Source of the DNA: Wenzhouxiangella sp.
GTDB taxonomy: Bacteria > Pseudomonadota > Gammaproteobacteria > Xanthomonadales > Wenzhouxiangellaceae
Assembly: GCA_047921095.1 (NCBI GenBank)
Contig: JBLRWT010000001.1
Span: forward strand, 1 to 39,284
Length of the DNA: 39,284 nt
Reading direction: 5' to 3'
The position numbers and the translations under genes were made by a program. This document shows, piece by piece, positions 18,273 to 27,669 of this stretch. The notes beneath the pieces were generated by a model. That model was not told the DNA's origin. It was given only the letters and a program-made list of their open reading frames with translations, and did not search any database. Each line of letters starts with the position of its first letter. Positions within the stretch are counted from its first letter, which is position 1.

Positions 18273-19061
18273 ATGCATTTTGATTACGCCCTGATCCTGA
18301 CTGTACTGACCCTTTTGACCGGCATCATCTGGGCAATTGATCGATACGTTCTGCGCCGACGCCGGAGCAAGGAGGTTCAGGCAGAGGGGCTGGACCGGAC
18401 ATTCGAGACGGTTGGCTCCTTTTTTCCCATCCTTCTGCTGGTGCTGATTTTTCGATCGTTCCTGTTCGAGCCGTTCAAGATCCCTTCGGGATCGATGATC
18501 CCTACCCTGCTGATTGGGGACTTCATCGTTGTCAACAAGTTTTCCTACGGCCTGCGCTTGCCGGTTCTGAACAAGCGTTTTGTGAGCCTGGGAGAGCCTG
18601 AGCGCGGCGATGTCATGGTGTTCCGGTTTCCGGAAGATGAGCGGATCAACTACATCAAGCGAGTGGTTGGTTTGCCCGGTGACACGGTGACCTATCGCAA
18701 CAAGATTCTTTTCATCAACGGCGAGCCGGTGCCCCAGGACGAGGAGGGCGCCTGGGTTGGCGAAGGACTGAATCGCAACATGCCAGGCCGGCGCCCACTA
18801 CTTCGCATGGAGCACCTGGGCGATGAGCCGCATACCATCCTGGTTCATCCCGATCTGCCACAGCGCGAGACTCGAAGCTGGACCGTTCCCGAGGGCCATT
18901 ACTTCACGCTGGGTGACAACCGTGACCAATCGCTCGATTCCCGTGCCTGGGGCTTCGTTCCCGAACAGAATCTGGTCGGAAAGGCGACTCGGATCTGGAT
19001 GCACTGGGATTGCAGCCGAGGGTGCGTTGTCTTCGAGCGAATCGGTGATAAGATTGAATGA
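18273..19061 (+). CDS. lepB: Signal peptidase I
   Basis: EPFKIPSGSMIPTL (Ser), YIKRVVGLPGD (Lys), GDNRDQSLDSR. Confidence 0.97.
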   Translation: MHFDYALILTVLTLLTGIIWAIDRYVLRRRRSKEVQAEGLDRTFETVGSFFPILLLVLIFRSFLFEPFKIPSGSMIPTLLIGDFIVVNKFSYGLRLPVLNKRFVSLGEPERGDVMVFRFPEDERINYIKRVVGLPGDTVTYRNKILFINGEPVPQDEEGAWVGEGLNRNMPGRRPLLRMEHLGDEPHTILVHPDLPQRETRSWTVPEGHYFTLGDNRDQSLDSRAWGFVPEQNLVGKATRIWMHWDCSRGCVVFERIGDKIE

Positions 19062-19131
19062 ACTGACAACCTGAAACGGTGGCCCCGGCCGCCGGCAACC
19101 GATAAGCAGAAACAGTGTCGAGGGATCAAGC

Positions 19132-19500
19132 ATGACGGCGATTACCAACCAACGCGGATTGAGCCTGCTGGGGTTCATCTTTGTTCTGATCCTGGTCCTT
19201 TTCACCGTCTACATCGGGATCAAGCTTGTTCCGATCTATCTCAATCATTTTTCGGTGGTCAGCGACATGAAGGCGGTCGCCGACGAGCCAGGCTCCGCGA
19301 ATTTGCCACCCAATACGATTCGACGCAACTTGATGACCCGTTTGCAGGTCAGTTATGTTGATCACGTTCGTCCCGAGAATATTGTCGTGGAACGGACAAG
19401 TCCGCCCCAATTGGTGATTGAGTACCAGGTTGAAGAGCATCTGATCGGCAATATTGATGTCGTCGTCAAGTTCAAACGTGTCGAGCCACTCCGCAACTAA
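19132..19500 (+). CDS. DUF4845 family protein
   Basis: Pilin-like N-terminus QRGLSLLG plus TM helix, in the conserved lepB-rnc position. Confidence 0.85.
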   Translation: MTAITNQRGLSLLGFIFVLILVLFTVYIGIKLVPIYLNHFSVVSDMKAVADEPGSANLPPNTIRRNLMTRLQVSYVDHVRPENIVVERTSPPQLVIEYQVEEHLIGNIDVVVKFKRVEPLRN

Positions 19501-20221
19501 GCTGCCGCGGCGTATACCCGGCATCGATTACGAGTTTGACGATCCGGAGTTGCTGCAACGGGCATTGACCCACCGAAGTCATGGTCCCGGCCACTACGAG
19601 CGTCTCGAGTTCCTTGGCGACAGTCTGCTGAATTTCGTTGCCGCCGAAACCCTTTACCAGAGCCGGCCTCACGCCACCGAAGGCGACTTGAGTCGTCTGC
19701 GCTCGCGCCTGGTGCGCGACGTAACGCTAGCCGAGATCGCGATCGAGCTGGGCCTCGGAGAGCACATGCGGCTCGGCCAGGGGGAAATGAAAAGCGGTGG
19801 CTTTTTGCGCGAATCGATTCTGGCTGATGTGCTGGAGGCGATCATTGGCGCCGTGTTTGTCGACGGTGGCTTTGTCAAGGCGCGCGAGGTTGTGCGCGAC
19901 CTGTTGCTCAAGCGAGAGCGCTCGTTGCCGCATGCCGATCGCCTCAAGGATCCCAAGACCCGTCTGCAGGAATTGCTTCAGGCTCGTGGACATGGTCTGC
20001 CTGAGTACGAGGTCGTCAACGAAAGCGGCGCCGATCATGCCAAGCAGTTCGAAGTCGCTTGCCGGGTCGGTTCATTGATGCCAGCCGTGACTGCGACCGC
20101 ACCTGGCCGGCGCAAGGCGGAGCAGGCTGCCGCCAGGATCATGCACCAGCAACTGCTTGATGCATTCAAGGCCGAGTTCGCTCTCCCCTGGGGCGCGCGC
20201 AAGGACAATGACACCAACTGA
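19478..20221 (+). CDS. rnc: Ribonuclease III
   Basis: ALTHRS, ERLEFLGD, ADVLEAIIGA, dsRBD DPKTRLQE. Start uncertain; GTG at 19478 chosen. Confidence 0.96.
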   Translation: MSSHSATKLPRRIPGIDYEFDDPELLQRALTHRSHGPGHYERLEFLGDSLLNFVAAETLYQSRPHATEGDLSRLRSRLVRDVTLAEIAIELGLGEHMRLGQGEMKSGGFLRESILADVLEAIIGAVFVDGGFVKAREVVRDLLLKRERSLPHADRLKDPKTRLQELLQARGHGLPEYEVVNESGADHAKQFEVACRVGSLMPAVTATAPGRRKAEQAAARIMHQQLLDAFKAEFALPWGARKDNDTN

Positions 20222-21119
20222 GAACCCCATGGATTCCAAACATTTCGGTCATGTCGCCCTGCTGGGGCGACCCAATGTGGGCAAGTCGACCCTGCTCAAC
20301 GCCCTGGTGGGCGAGCACCTTGCCATTGTCACCCACAAACCGCAGACCACCCGCCACCGCATCGTTGGCGTGATCACCGATGAACGTGGCCAGGCCGCGT
20401 TTGTGGATACGCCGGGCCTGCACAAGCGTCGCGACCACGCACTCAATCGACGGCTCAACAAGATTGCCGCCGATACCCGCGTTGGCGTGGATGTTCTGGT
20501 GATGGTGGTCGATGCCACTCGACTGACCGAAGAGGACGACATGGTCCTGGATCTGGTTGCCCGCCATGAAGGTCCATGCATCCTGGCGTTCAACAAGATC
20601 GATCTGCTTGAAAATCGGGTCGACCTGCTGGAGCGCACGGCTGAATTGACTGGTCGGGCAGACTTTTCCGCCGTGGTTTATCTTTCCGCGCTCAAGAACG
20701 ATGGCATTGGTGATCTGCTCGATGAGGTTTTCAAGAACCTGCCCGAAGGGAAGCCGCAATACCCGGAAGACCTGTTCACTGACCGGTCCGAGCGTTTTCT
20801 TGCCGCTGAAATGGTGCGGGAGCAGTTGATGCTCCAGTTGCACCAGGAAATACCGTACGGCCTGACGGTGGTGATCGAAAGTTTCGAACGCCAGGAGCGC
20901 CGGATCGAGATTCACGCGCTGATCGTGGTTGCCGAAGAGCGTCACAAGGGCATGGTCATCGGACGTCAGGGTCAGGTGCTCAAGCGCGTGGGAACACGGG
21001 CTCGTCACGCGATCGCGGATCTGCTGGGCATGCCGGTGCATCTGGAATTGCATGCCAAGACCCGCTCCGGCTGGATGGATGACGAAGGTTCACTGGACGA
21101 GCTGGGCTATGCCCGGTGA
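20208..21119 (+). CDS. era: GTPase Era
   Basis: GRPNVGKS, PQTTR, DTPG, NKID, KH domain (VIGRQG). Start at 20208 or 20229. Confidence 0.97.
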   Translation: MTPTENPMDSKHFGHVALLGRPNVGKSTLLNALVGEHLAIVTHKPQTTRHRIVGVITDERGQAAFVDTPGLHKRRDHALNRRLNKIAADTRVGVDVLVMVVDATRLTEEDDMVLDLVARHEGPCILAFNKIDLLENRVDLLERTAELTGRADFSAVVYLSALKNDGIGDLLDEVFKNLPEGKPQYPEDLFTDRSERFLAAEMVREQLMLQLHQEIPYGLTVVIESFERQERRIEIHALIVVAEERHKGMVIGRQGQVLKRVGTRARHAIADLLGMPVHLELHAKTRSGWMDDEGSLDELGYAR

Positions 21120-21859
21120 GCCGGATCGAAGAGCAGCCGTGCTGGGTGCTTCATCGGCGTGCCTGGCGCGAGTCCAGCCTGCTGCTGGAACTGTTCAGCG
21201 AACAATTCGGACGGATTGGTCTGGTTGCCCGCGGCGCTCGCGGCGCACGTTCGGCCTGGCGTGGACTGGCCGAACCATTCGTACCTCTGAGCGCCAGCTG
21301 GATGGGGCGCGGTGAACTCGGTACGCTGACTGGCCTGGAGCCGATAGGCCAACAGGCAACCCTGAAAGGCCGTGCGCTCTGGTGCGGTCTCTATGCCAAT
21401 GAACTGCTTCTCAAGTTGATGGCACGCGACGACGCGGCGCCGACACTGTTTACAGCCTACGGTGTGTTGATCTCCAGTCTTGGGGCCGGGCTGTCGCAAG
21501 GGCGTGCGTTGCGTCGCTTTGAGCTGGAATTGCTTGGCGCCCTTGGGGTGGTCCCCGATCTCCATTGCGAGGCTCTGACTGGTCAGCCGATCGAGCCCGA
21601 GCGGCTGTATCATGTGCAGCCTGAAACCGGTCTGGTCGCGGTGGCGGCGCCCGGGCGCAATGTCTTCAGTGGCCGGGCGGCCCTGATGCTGACCGGCCAG
21701 ATCGACGATGATCCGGCCGCCGCGCGCGAGGCCCGGACGCTGACTCGACTGCTGATCGATCATCAGCTCGGTGGCAAGCCCTTGAAAACCAGAGAGCTTT
21801 TTGCGCAGGGTCAGCGTGCGGAGCCCACAGGACAACCAGGAGAGTTCGATAATGAATAG
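21116..21859 (+). CDS. recO: DNA repair protein RecO
   Basis: [38 protein letters not shown]. Confidence 0.95.
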   Translation: MSRIEEQPCWVLHRRAWRESSLLLELFSEQFGRIGLVARGARGARSAWRGLAEPFVPLSASWMGRGELGTLTGLEPIGQQATLKGRALWCGLYANELLLKLMARDDAAPTLFTAYGVLISSLGAGLSQGRALRRFELELLGALGVVPDLHCEALTGQPIEPERLYHVQPETGLVAVAAPGRNVFSGRAALMLTGQIDDDPAAAREARTLTRLLIDHQLGGKPLKTRELFAQGQRAEPTGQPGEFDNE

Positions 21860-22580
21860 ACCGCTGCTCGGGGTGAACATCGATCATGTGGCCACCTTGC
21901 GTCAGGCCCGCAAGTCGCATTACCCATCGGTGGTCCAGGCGGCGCTGGTCGCGGAACAGGCTGGGGCGGACGCCATTACCATTCACTTGCGAGAAGACCG
22001 TCGCCATATCCAGGATCGCGATGTTGAATTGCTGGCCGAGATGATCGGCACACGAATGAACCTGGAAGTGGCAGTGACAGACGAAATGCTCGCTATTGCC
22101 GAGAGGGTTTGCCCGGTCGACGTCTGCCTGGTACCTGAAAGACGTGAGGAACTGACCACCGAAGGCGGCCTCGATGTGGTCGGTGGCGAGGATCGGATTC
22201 GCGCTGCCTGCCAGCGTCTGGGGAATGTCGGCATTCGGGTCAGCCTGTTCATCGACCCCGAACCGGAGCAGATCCTGGCCGCTGCCCGCTGTGGCGCCCC
22301 CGTGGTCGAGTTTCACACCGGCTGCTATGCCGGTGCCAGGGGCAGCGACGTGGGCCTTGAACTCGAACGTCTGGGCCGGGCCGTCAGTCTGGGTTGCCAG
22401 CATGGACTGGTGGTCAATGCCGGTCATGGCCTCCATTACCACAACGTGCAGCCAGTCGCCGCCTTGGAAGGTATCAGCGAGCTCAACATCGGCCACGCTA
22501 TTGTTGCGCGGTCCGTGTTCGTGGGTCTGGATGCGGCGGTGCGCGAAATGAAGCGGCTGATGGAGGGGGCACGAAACTAA
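21852..22580 (+). CDS. pdxJ: Pyridoxine 5'-phosphate synthase
   Basis: [42 protein letters not shown]. Confidence 0.97.
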   Translation: MNRPLLGVNIDHVATLRQARKSHYPSVVQAALVAEQAGADAITIHLREDRRHIQDRDVELLAEMIGTRMNLEVAVTDEMLAIAERVCPVDVCLVPERREELTTEGGLDVVGGEDRIRAACQRLGNVGIRVSLFIDPEPEQILAAARCGAPVVEFHTGCYAGARGSDVGLELERLGRAVSLGCQHGLVVNAGHGLHYHNVQPVAALEGISELNIGHAIVARSVFVGLDAAVREMKRLMEGARN

Positions 22581-22606
22581 GCCCGCCTTGTTTACCAGGT
22601 GACCCG

Positions 22607-23374
22607 TTAGGCTTCCAGTGCTTGCCGGGTGGCATGGGCGATTCGAAGAAAGTTCAAGTAGCTTGAGCCAGGGGAGGAGTCCAGGTCGGAGAGCAGACGC
22701 TGGCGCAACACGCGGCAGGACTGGCTGAACAGAATCGCGCCGGCATAGCCGCTGGCACCCGCCCACTGATGAAGGACTGACCCGGCCTCAGCGTACTGGC
22801 CTTTCTGCACTAGCCGGTCGAGTGCCGGAAGTCCGGATTCCAGTTCGCTTGCCATCATGGTCTTGAGCTTCCTGGCCAGGTCAGGATCATGGTTGGACGC
22901 GGCGAGCGCCCGTTCCGAATCGACCAGGCTGGTCGGGGCGATGTGAAGGTTTTCGGTCTGGTGGCGGGACCGGTTGGGATCGAAAACCGCCTCTATGGAG
23001 GCGACCAGATCGGGAATGGAAATTGGCTTGTTGAGGAAGTCATCGAAGCCGGCATTCAGCAACCTGGTCTTTTCTTCGGGACGGGTATCGGCGGTGAGAA
23101 CAATCATTCGCGCCTCGGCCGAAGGACTGTCGAGATCGCGTATTCTGTTGGCTGTAGCGAGCCCGTCCATCTGCGGCATATGAAGATCAAGCAAGATCAC
23201 ATCGAAACACGCTTCCCGGCAGCATTCGATCGCTTCGGCGCCATTGGCGGCCAGATCGACGCTACGCGCCAGCCGACCCAGACCGGTCTTGAGAAATTCA
23301 CGATTGATCGCATGGTCGTCGACCACCAGGATGCGCAGGGTCTTGATCAGGGCAGAGGGGCTTGATGCATTCAT
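22607..23374 (-). CDS. Receiver plus Hpt domain phosphorelay protein
   Basis: REC: ILVVDD, LLDLHMPQMDG, LTA, FLNKP. C-terminal helical Hpt-like segment LHQWAGASGYAG. No kinase or DNA-binding domain. Confidence 0.85.
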   Translation of the reverse strand: MNASSPSALIKTLRILVVDDHAINREFLKTGLGRLARSVDLAANGAEAIECCREACFDVILLDLHMPQMDGLATANRIRDLDSPSAEARMIVLTADTRPEEKTRLLNAGFDDFLNKPISIPDLVASIEAVFDPNRSRHQTENLHIAPTSLVDSERALAASNHDPDLARKLKTMMASELESGLPALDRLVQKGQYAEAGSVLHQWAGASGYAGAILFSQSCRVLRQRLLSDLDSSPGSSYLNFLRIAHATRQALEA

Positions 23375-23415
23375 CACCCTACTATAGCGCCAGCGAGCCT
23401 CAGGGTCGTACTTCT

Positions 23416-25404
23416 GTGCGCAAAACTGCCTGGGCAGGGGTGCTGTTGCTGACTGCAATCCTGGTCATGGCGTCGCGGCCTGCCGTTTCCGCCGAACTGA
23501 CAATCAACAGTGGCCCGGGCCAGGTTGCCGGAATTCACTGGGACAGGCTGGTGTTGAGCTACCAGCCAGGGTCAGAGCCGTCGACCTGGCAGGCCCGTGC
23601 CGAAGGGCTCGTCGGGCCGGATGGGCAAGCCTTGGGGCTGGTTCGCGTGAGCTGTATGAATTCGTCGCGCCCTTTGCTTGATGGTTGCCGGGAAGGCCGG
23701 CTGTCCTGGCAATTCGAAGACCTGGCGCTGGAGGCCGATCTGGTTTTCGAAAACCTGGAAGAGAACTGGGCGATCAATCTGGAAGGATCCTCCTGGCGTC
23801 TGTCGGCATCCATTCCTGTCGCTCGTCCTGAACAGGCCAGTGCCAGCGCCCTGCTCGAGGCTTTCGATCTTGAGGCCATTCCCGCCTCGCTGCTCGCCCA
23901 GGCTGGGCTTCAGGTGCTGCTTGGCGAGGTCACGGGCACCATCGAATATGCACGCGGCCAGTTAAAGGCCGATCTGGCCTTGAGTGGTGGCGGCTTCGAC
24001 AGTGAGGACGGTCTCCTGGCCGCAGACGGTCTGGCGCTGTCGACGGTCATCGCGATTGATCTGCAGTCAGGTACATCGGCCTTTTCGATTGACCTGACCC
24101 AGTTCGGAGGCGAGGTTCTGGCGGGACCGCTCTATCTGCCCGAGCCGGCTGAGCCATTGCGTTTGCGTCTGGATGGCGAGTTGCCTGATGAGCGGACCAT
24201 CCGCTTTGATCGGTTTGAACTCGACGATCCCGGTGCCCTCGGCCTGACAGGTAGCGCCGCCCTGGCCCACGATGAAGAAGCGGGCTGGTCGCTGGCCGAG
24301 GTGAACCTTTCGACGCTTTCGATGCAGCTCCCGGGCGCCTTCGCGCGCTGGGCTGACGGGCCGGCATCGGCTGCCGGATTCGGTGGCCTGGAAACCAGCG
24401 GGCGCGTCGATGGAAGTCTGCACTGGCGGGCCGATGGCCCGTTGGCGGTCGATACCAGGCTTGCCAACATTTTTGTTGAAGACCCGGCGGGACGATTCGG
24501 CTTTTCCGAAATTGACGGTACGGTGGCCTGGAAGCTGGCTGGTCCCGAGATTGATCTCGGTTGGCAGGGCATGGGGCTCTACGGACTGTCATTTGGCCCT
24601 TCCAGCCTGCGCCTGGTCACCGGGCCGGGCGGCGCCAGGCTGGTGGAGCCATTGCGTCTGCCATTGCTGGACGGCGCCTTTGTGATCGATCGACTGGTGT
24701 GGAATCCCGATCAGGACGAAGGTCTGGTTCTTGACGCCCGCATCGAGCCCCTCAGCCTGACTGGCCTGACCCGTCAGTTGGAATTGCCCGAATTCGGTGG
24801 AACCCTGTCCGGCGAATTTCCGGGTATTGTCTTCGACGACGACAGGCTCAGCTTTACCGGCGGGATCGATATGCAGGCTTTCTCCGGCTCGATCCGGATC
24901 GAGAATCTGGACGTCGAGCGTCCATTCGGTCCCTTGCCTGCGCTATCTGCCCAGATCGAGTTTTCCCGCCTGGACCTGCTCGAGTTGACCGGCGCGTTCA
25001 ACTTCGGCCGCATGGAAGGACAAATGTCAGGCTGGGCACGCGATCTGCGCTTGCTGGATTGGCGTCCCGTGGCCATGGATGCGAGGGTGTTTACCCACGA
25101 CGATGCCAGGCGGCGGCGCATCAGCCAGCGTGCGGTCGATGATCTCGCCAGCCTCGGCGGCGCCGGCGCCGGGTTGCTGACTGGCACCGTGTTGCGGGTC
25201 TTCGATGATTTTCCTTACCGCCGCGCCGGTCTGGCCTGCCGCTTGTCCAACAACATTTGCCATATCGATGGCGTGGCACCGCATGAATCCGGCGGTTTCT
25301 ATATCGTCCAGGGTCGTGCTCTGCCCAGGCTGGATGTCATCGGTCATCGACGATTGATCGACTGGCCACAGCTGATCAGCCAACTGATGGCAATCACCGA
25401 GTAG
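23416..25404 (+). CDS. YdbH/AsmA-like beta-rich envelope protein
   Basis: N-terminal hydrophobic anchor and repeated beta-strand pattern. C-terminal LTGAFNFGRMEG...RRRISQRAVDDL...IVQGRALPRLDVIG resembles YdbH-like proteins. Confidence 0.65.
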   Translation: MRKTAWAGVLLLTAILVMASRPAVSAELTINSGPGQVAGIHWDRLVLSYQPGSEPSTWQARAEGLVGPDGQALGLVRVSCMNSSRPLLDGCREGRLSWQFEDLALEADLVFENLEENWAINLEGSSWRLSASIPVARPEQASASALLEAFDLEAIPASLLAQAGLQVLLGEVTGTIEYARGQLKADLALSGGGFDSEDGLLAADGLALSTVIAIDLQSGTSAFSIDLTQFGGEVLAGPLYLPEPAEPLRLRLDGELPDERTIRFDRFELDDPGALGLTGSAALAHDEEAGWSLAEVNLSTLSMQLPGAFARWADGPASAAGFGGLETSGRVDGSLHWRADGPLAVDTRLANIFVEDPAGRFGFSEIDGTVAWKLAGPEIDLGWQGMGLYGLSFGPSSLRLVTGPGGARLVEPLRLPLLDGAFVIDRLVWNPDQDEGLVLDARIEPLSLTGLTRQLELPEFGGTLSGEFPGIVFDDDRLSFTGGIDMQAFSGSIRIENLDVERPFGPLPALSAQIEFSRLDLLELTGAFNFGRMEGQMSGWARDLRLLDWRPVAMDARVFTHDDARRRRISQRAVDDLASLGGAGAGLLTGTVLRVFDDFPYRRAGLACRLSNNICHIDGVAPHESGGFYIVQGRALPRLDVIGHRRLIDWPQLISQLMAITE

Positions 25405-25466
25405 CGCCAGCCTCACACCAGTACAGGTTGTCGATGGCGTGTCACGGCGCTTCGAGAGCTGCTCGA

Positions 25467-26738
25467 TCAGTCCTGGTCGGACGGGATCGGCTTGACCAGC
25501 ACCTTGCGGATGCGCTTGTCGACCATGTCGACAATCGTGAGGGTCAGGTCGCCGATGCGCAAGCTGGTTCGACCTTCGGGTATGGACTCGAGCTGTTCGA
25601 GGATCAGACCGTTGAGCGTTTTTGCGCCGGTTGTGGGAAGGCGCCATTCCAGGCGTCGATTGAGCATGCGGATGGTTGCCCCACCGTCGACGATGAAAGT
25701 GCCATTTTCCTGTTGACGAACGAGTTTTTGCCGTGCACCGCCTTCGGTGGTGTACTCGCCGACAATCTCTTCGAGTATGTCATCAAGCGTGACCAGACCC
25801 TGGATGTCACCGTACTCATCGACAACCAGGCCCATGCGCCTCTCGCGCGCCTGGAACTCGAGAAGCTGCTGGGTCAGGGCGGTGCCCTCGGGAATGAAAT
25901 AGGGCGCCCGTACGGCCTTCAGGAGCGCCTCAGGGTTGAGCCGGTTCTGGGCCAGCTTGGTCAGGATGGTCCGAAAATGCAGCAATCCGACGATGTTGTC
26001 CAGATCGCCGCGCCAGACGGGCATTCGGGTGAAAAAGGTCTGGGTCAACGACTGGACGATGGTATCCCATTCGGCGTCCAGGTCAATGCCGACGATATCC
26101 TGGCGCGGCACCATCACATCATCGACGGTGCCGTGTTCGAGATCGAGGATATTGATCAGCATCTGCTGGTGATCGAGCGAGATATGGCGCCCGCCTTCCT
26201 TGACCAGGGTTCGCAATTCCTCGCGGCTGAGCGCGTCGCTGTGGAGTCCAACCTTGCGCACGCCGAATGGACGAAGCAGGATCGAGGCGATGACATTGAT
26301 CAGCCAGACAACCGGGTAAAGCACTTTCAGCAGCGGGGTCAGAACATAGCTTGCAGGGTAGGCGATGCGATGGGGATACATCGCGGCCAGGGTCTTGGGG
26401 GCCAACTCGGCGAATATCAGGATGACGGCGGTCAGGACGATGGTGGAGACCCAGATGCCGGCATCGCCAAGCAGGCGCAGGGCAATAACCGTTGATATGG
26501 ATGCGGCGAGAATGTTGACGAGGTTGTTGCCCAGCAGGATCAGGCCGAACATGCGATCCGGCTTGGCGAGCAGATTTTGCGCCAGGCGAGCACCTCGGTG
26601 ACCGCTTTGAGCCTGGTGCCGCAAGCGATAGCGGTTCAGAGCGACCAGTCCGGTCTCGGAGCTGGAAAAAAACGCCGACAGGACAATCAATACGCCCAGT
26701 AAAGCAAACAGCGTGCCCAGGGGGATCTCTTCAACCAT
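25467..26738 (-). CDS. HlyC/CorC (CNNM) family transporter, YfjD/CorB-like
   Basis: SAFFSSSETG, ILLGNNLVN, FAELAPKT, CBS pair (VDEYGDIQGLVTLDDILEEIVG), CorC domain. Confidence 0.93.
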   Translation of the reverse strand: MVEEIPLGTLFALLGVLIVLSAFFSSSETGLVALNRYRLRHQAQSGHRGARLAQNLLAKPDRMFGLILLGNNLVNILAASISTVIALRLLGDAGIWVSTIVLTAVILIFAELAPKTLAAMYPHRIAYPASYVLTPLLKVLYPVVWLINVIASILLRPFGVRKVGLHSDALSREELRTLVKEGGRHISLDHQQMLINILDLEHGTVDDVMVPRQDIVGIDLDAEWDTIVQSLTQTFFTRMPVWRGDLDNIVGLLHFRTILTKLAQNRLNPEALLKAVRAPYFIPEGTALTQQLLEFQARERRMGLVVDEYGDIQGLVTLDDILEEIVGEYTTEGGARQKLVRQQENGTFIVDGGATIRMLNRRLEWRLPTTGAKTLNGLILEQLESIPEGRTSLRIGDLTLTIVDMVDKRIRKVLVKPIPSDQD

Positions 26739-27582
26739 CGAACGATGGTTCGATCATGCTCGTGGGCTCGGCGGTCCAGGTTCGCTCGAGAATGATTTCG
26801 AGAACCAGTTTGCTGCCAAAATAACCCAGCCCGAGGACAAACATGGCGATCAGCGTCCAGTGGATGGCGCGCCGGCCCCGCCAGCCAAACCACCAGCGCC
26901 CGCCCAGCAACAGGCCGAACAATATCCAGGACAGAATCGACAGCACGGTTTTGTGCACCAGGTGCTGGCCCATCAGGTCCTCTACGAACATCAGCCCGGT
27001 CAGGAGGCTGAGGCCAAGAATCAGCCAGCCACCAAGGATGAGTCGAAACATCAGTCGCTCGAGCACCGTCAGCGGTGGCAACAGTTCCAGTTGGCGCATT
27101 GGACGGGGGTGGCGAAGCAGGTAGTCCTGCGTGGCCAGCAACACGGCGTTGATGGCCGCAATGCTGAGCAGGCTGTAGGCCAGCAGGGAACTGAAGACAT
27201 GAATTTCAAGCACCGGCGAGAGCTGGGTCAGAACCAATGGTGCGGGCTGGGCCAGCCACTGCAGCCAGACGCACAAGGCGGCACCGGGAAAGGCAATGAC
27301 TCCGGTTTCGAGCATCGGTGAGGTCAGCGAACTGATCAACAGAACGATGACGATCATCAGCGAGGCCAGCGACAGGGTATTGATGAAGTTGACGTCCCAG
27401 CCAAGCGGTGTCGTCATGTAAAGCCAGACGACACAAGCGTGACCGAGCGCGGCGAGCACCGCCAGCGCCGCCCCAAGATGCCGTACTGGCACCCGGGAAT
27501 GATAGAAGCCATAGGCAAGGCATAGCCCGGCACCGAGATAAGCCATCCCGGTCAACAGGGCGATCAGGGAAACCGCTTGCAC
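26731..27582 (-). CDS. ypjD: YpjD/CcsA-like inner membrane protein (cytochrome c assembly family)
   Basis: About 8 TM helices, LPPL, HKTVLS, GWRG, LGYFGSKLV. Divergent from ffh as is typical. GTG start at 27582 inferred. Confidence 0.88.
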   Translation of the reverse strand: MQAVSLIALLTGMAYLGAGLCLAYGFYHSRVPVRHLGAALAVLAALGHACVVWLYMTTPLGWDVNFINTLSLASLMIVIVLLISSLTSPMLETGVIAFPGAALCVWLQWLAQPAPLVLTQLSPVLEIHVFSSLLAYSLLSIAAINAVLLATQDYLLRHPRPMRQLELLPPLTVLERLMFRLILGGWLILGLSLLTGLMFVEDLMGQHLVHKTVLSILSWILFGLLLGGRWWFGWRGRRAIHWTLIAMFVLGLGYFGSKLVLEIILERTWTAEPTSMIEPSFDG

Positions 27583-27669
27583 GAAAAGCAGCCTGCTTGT
27601 TTGGAGGAGGACAGAGCCCCAGTATAATGATTCATTGGCCCAACCCCAAGACAAAGCGCGTTTCTAACA

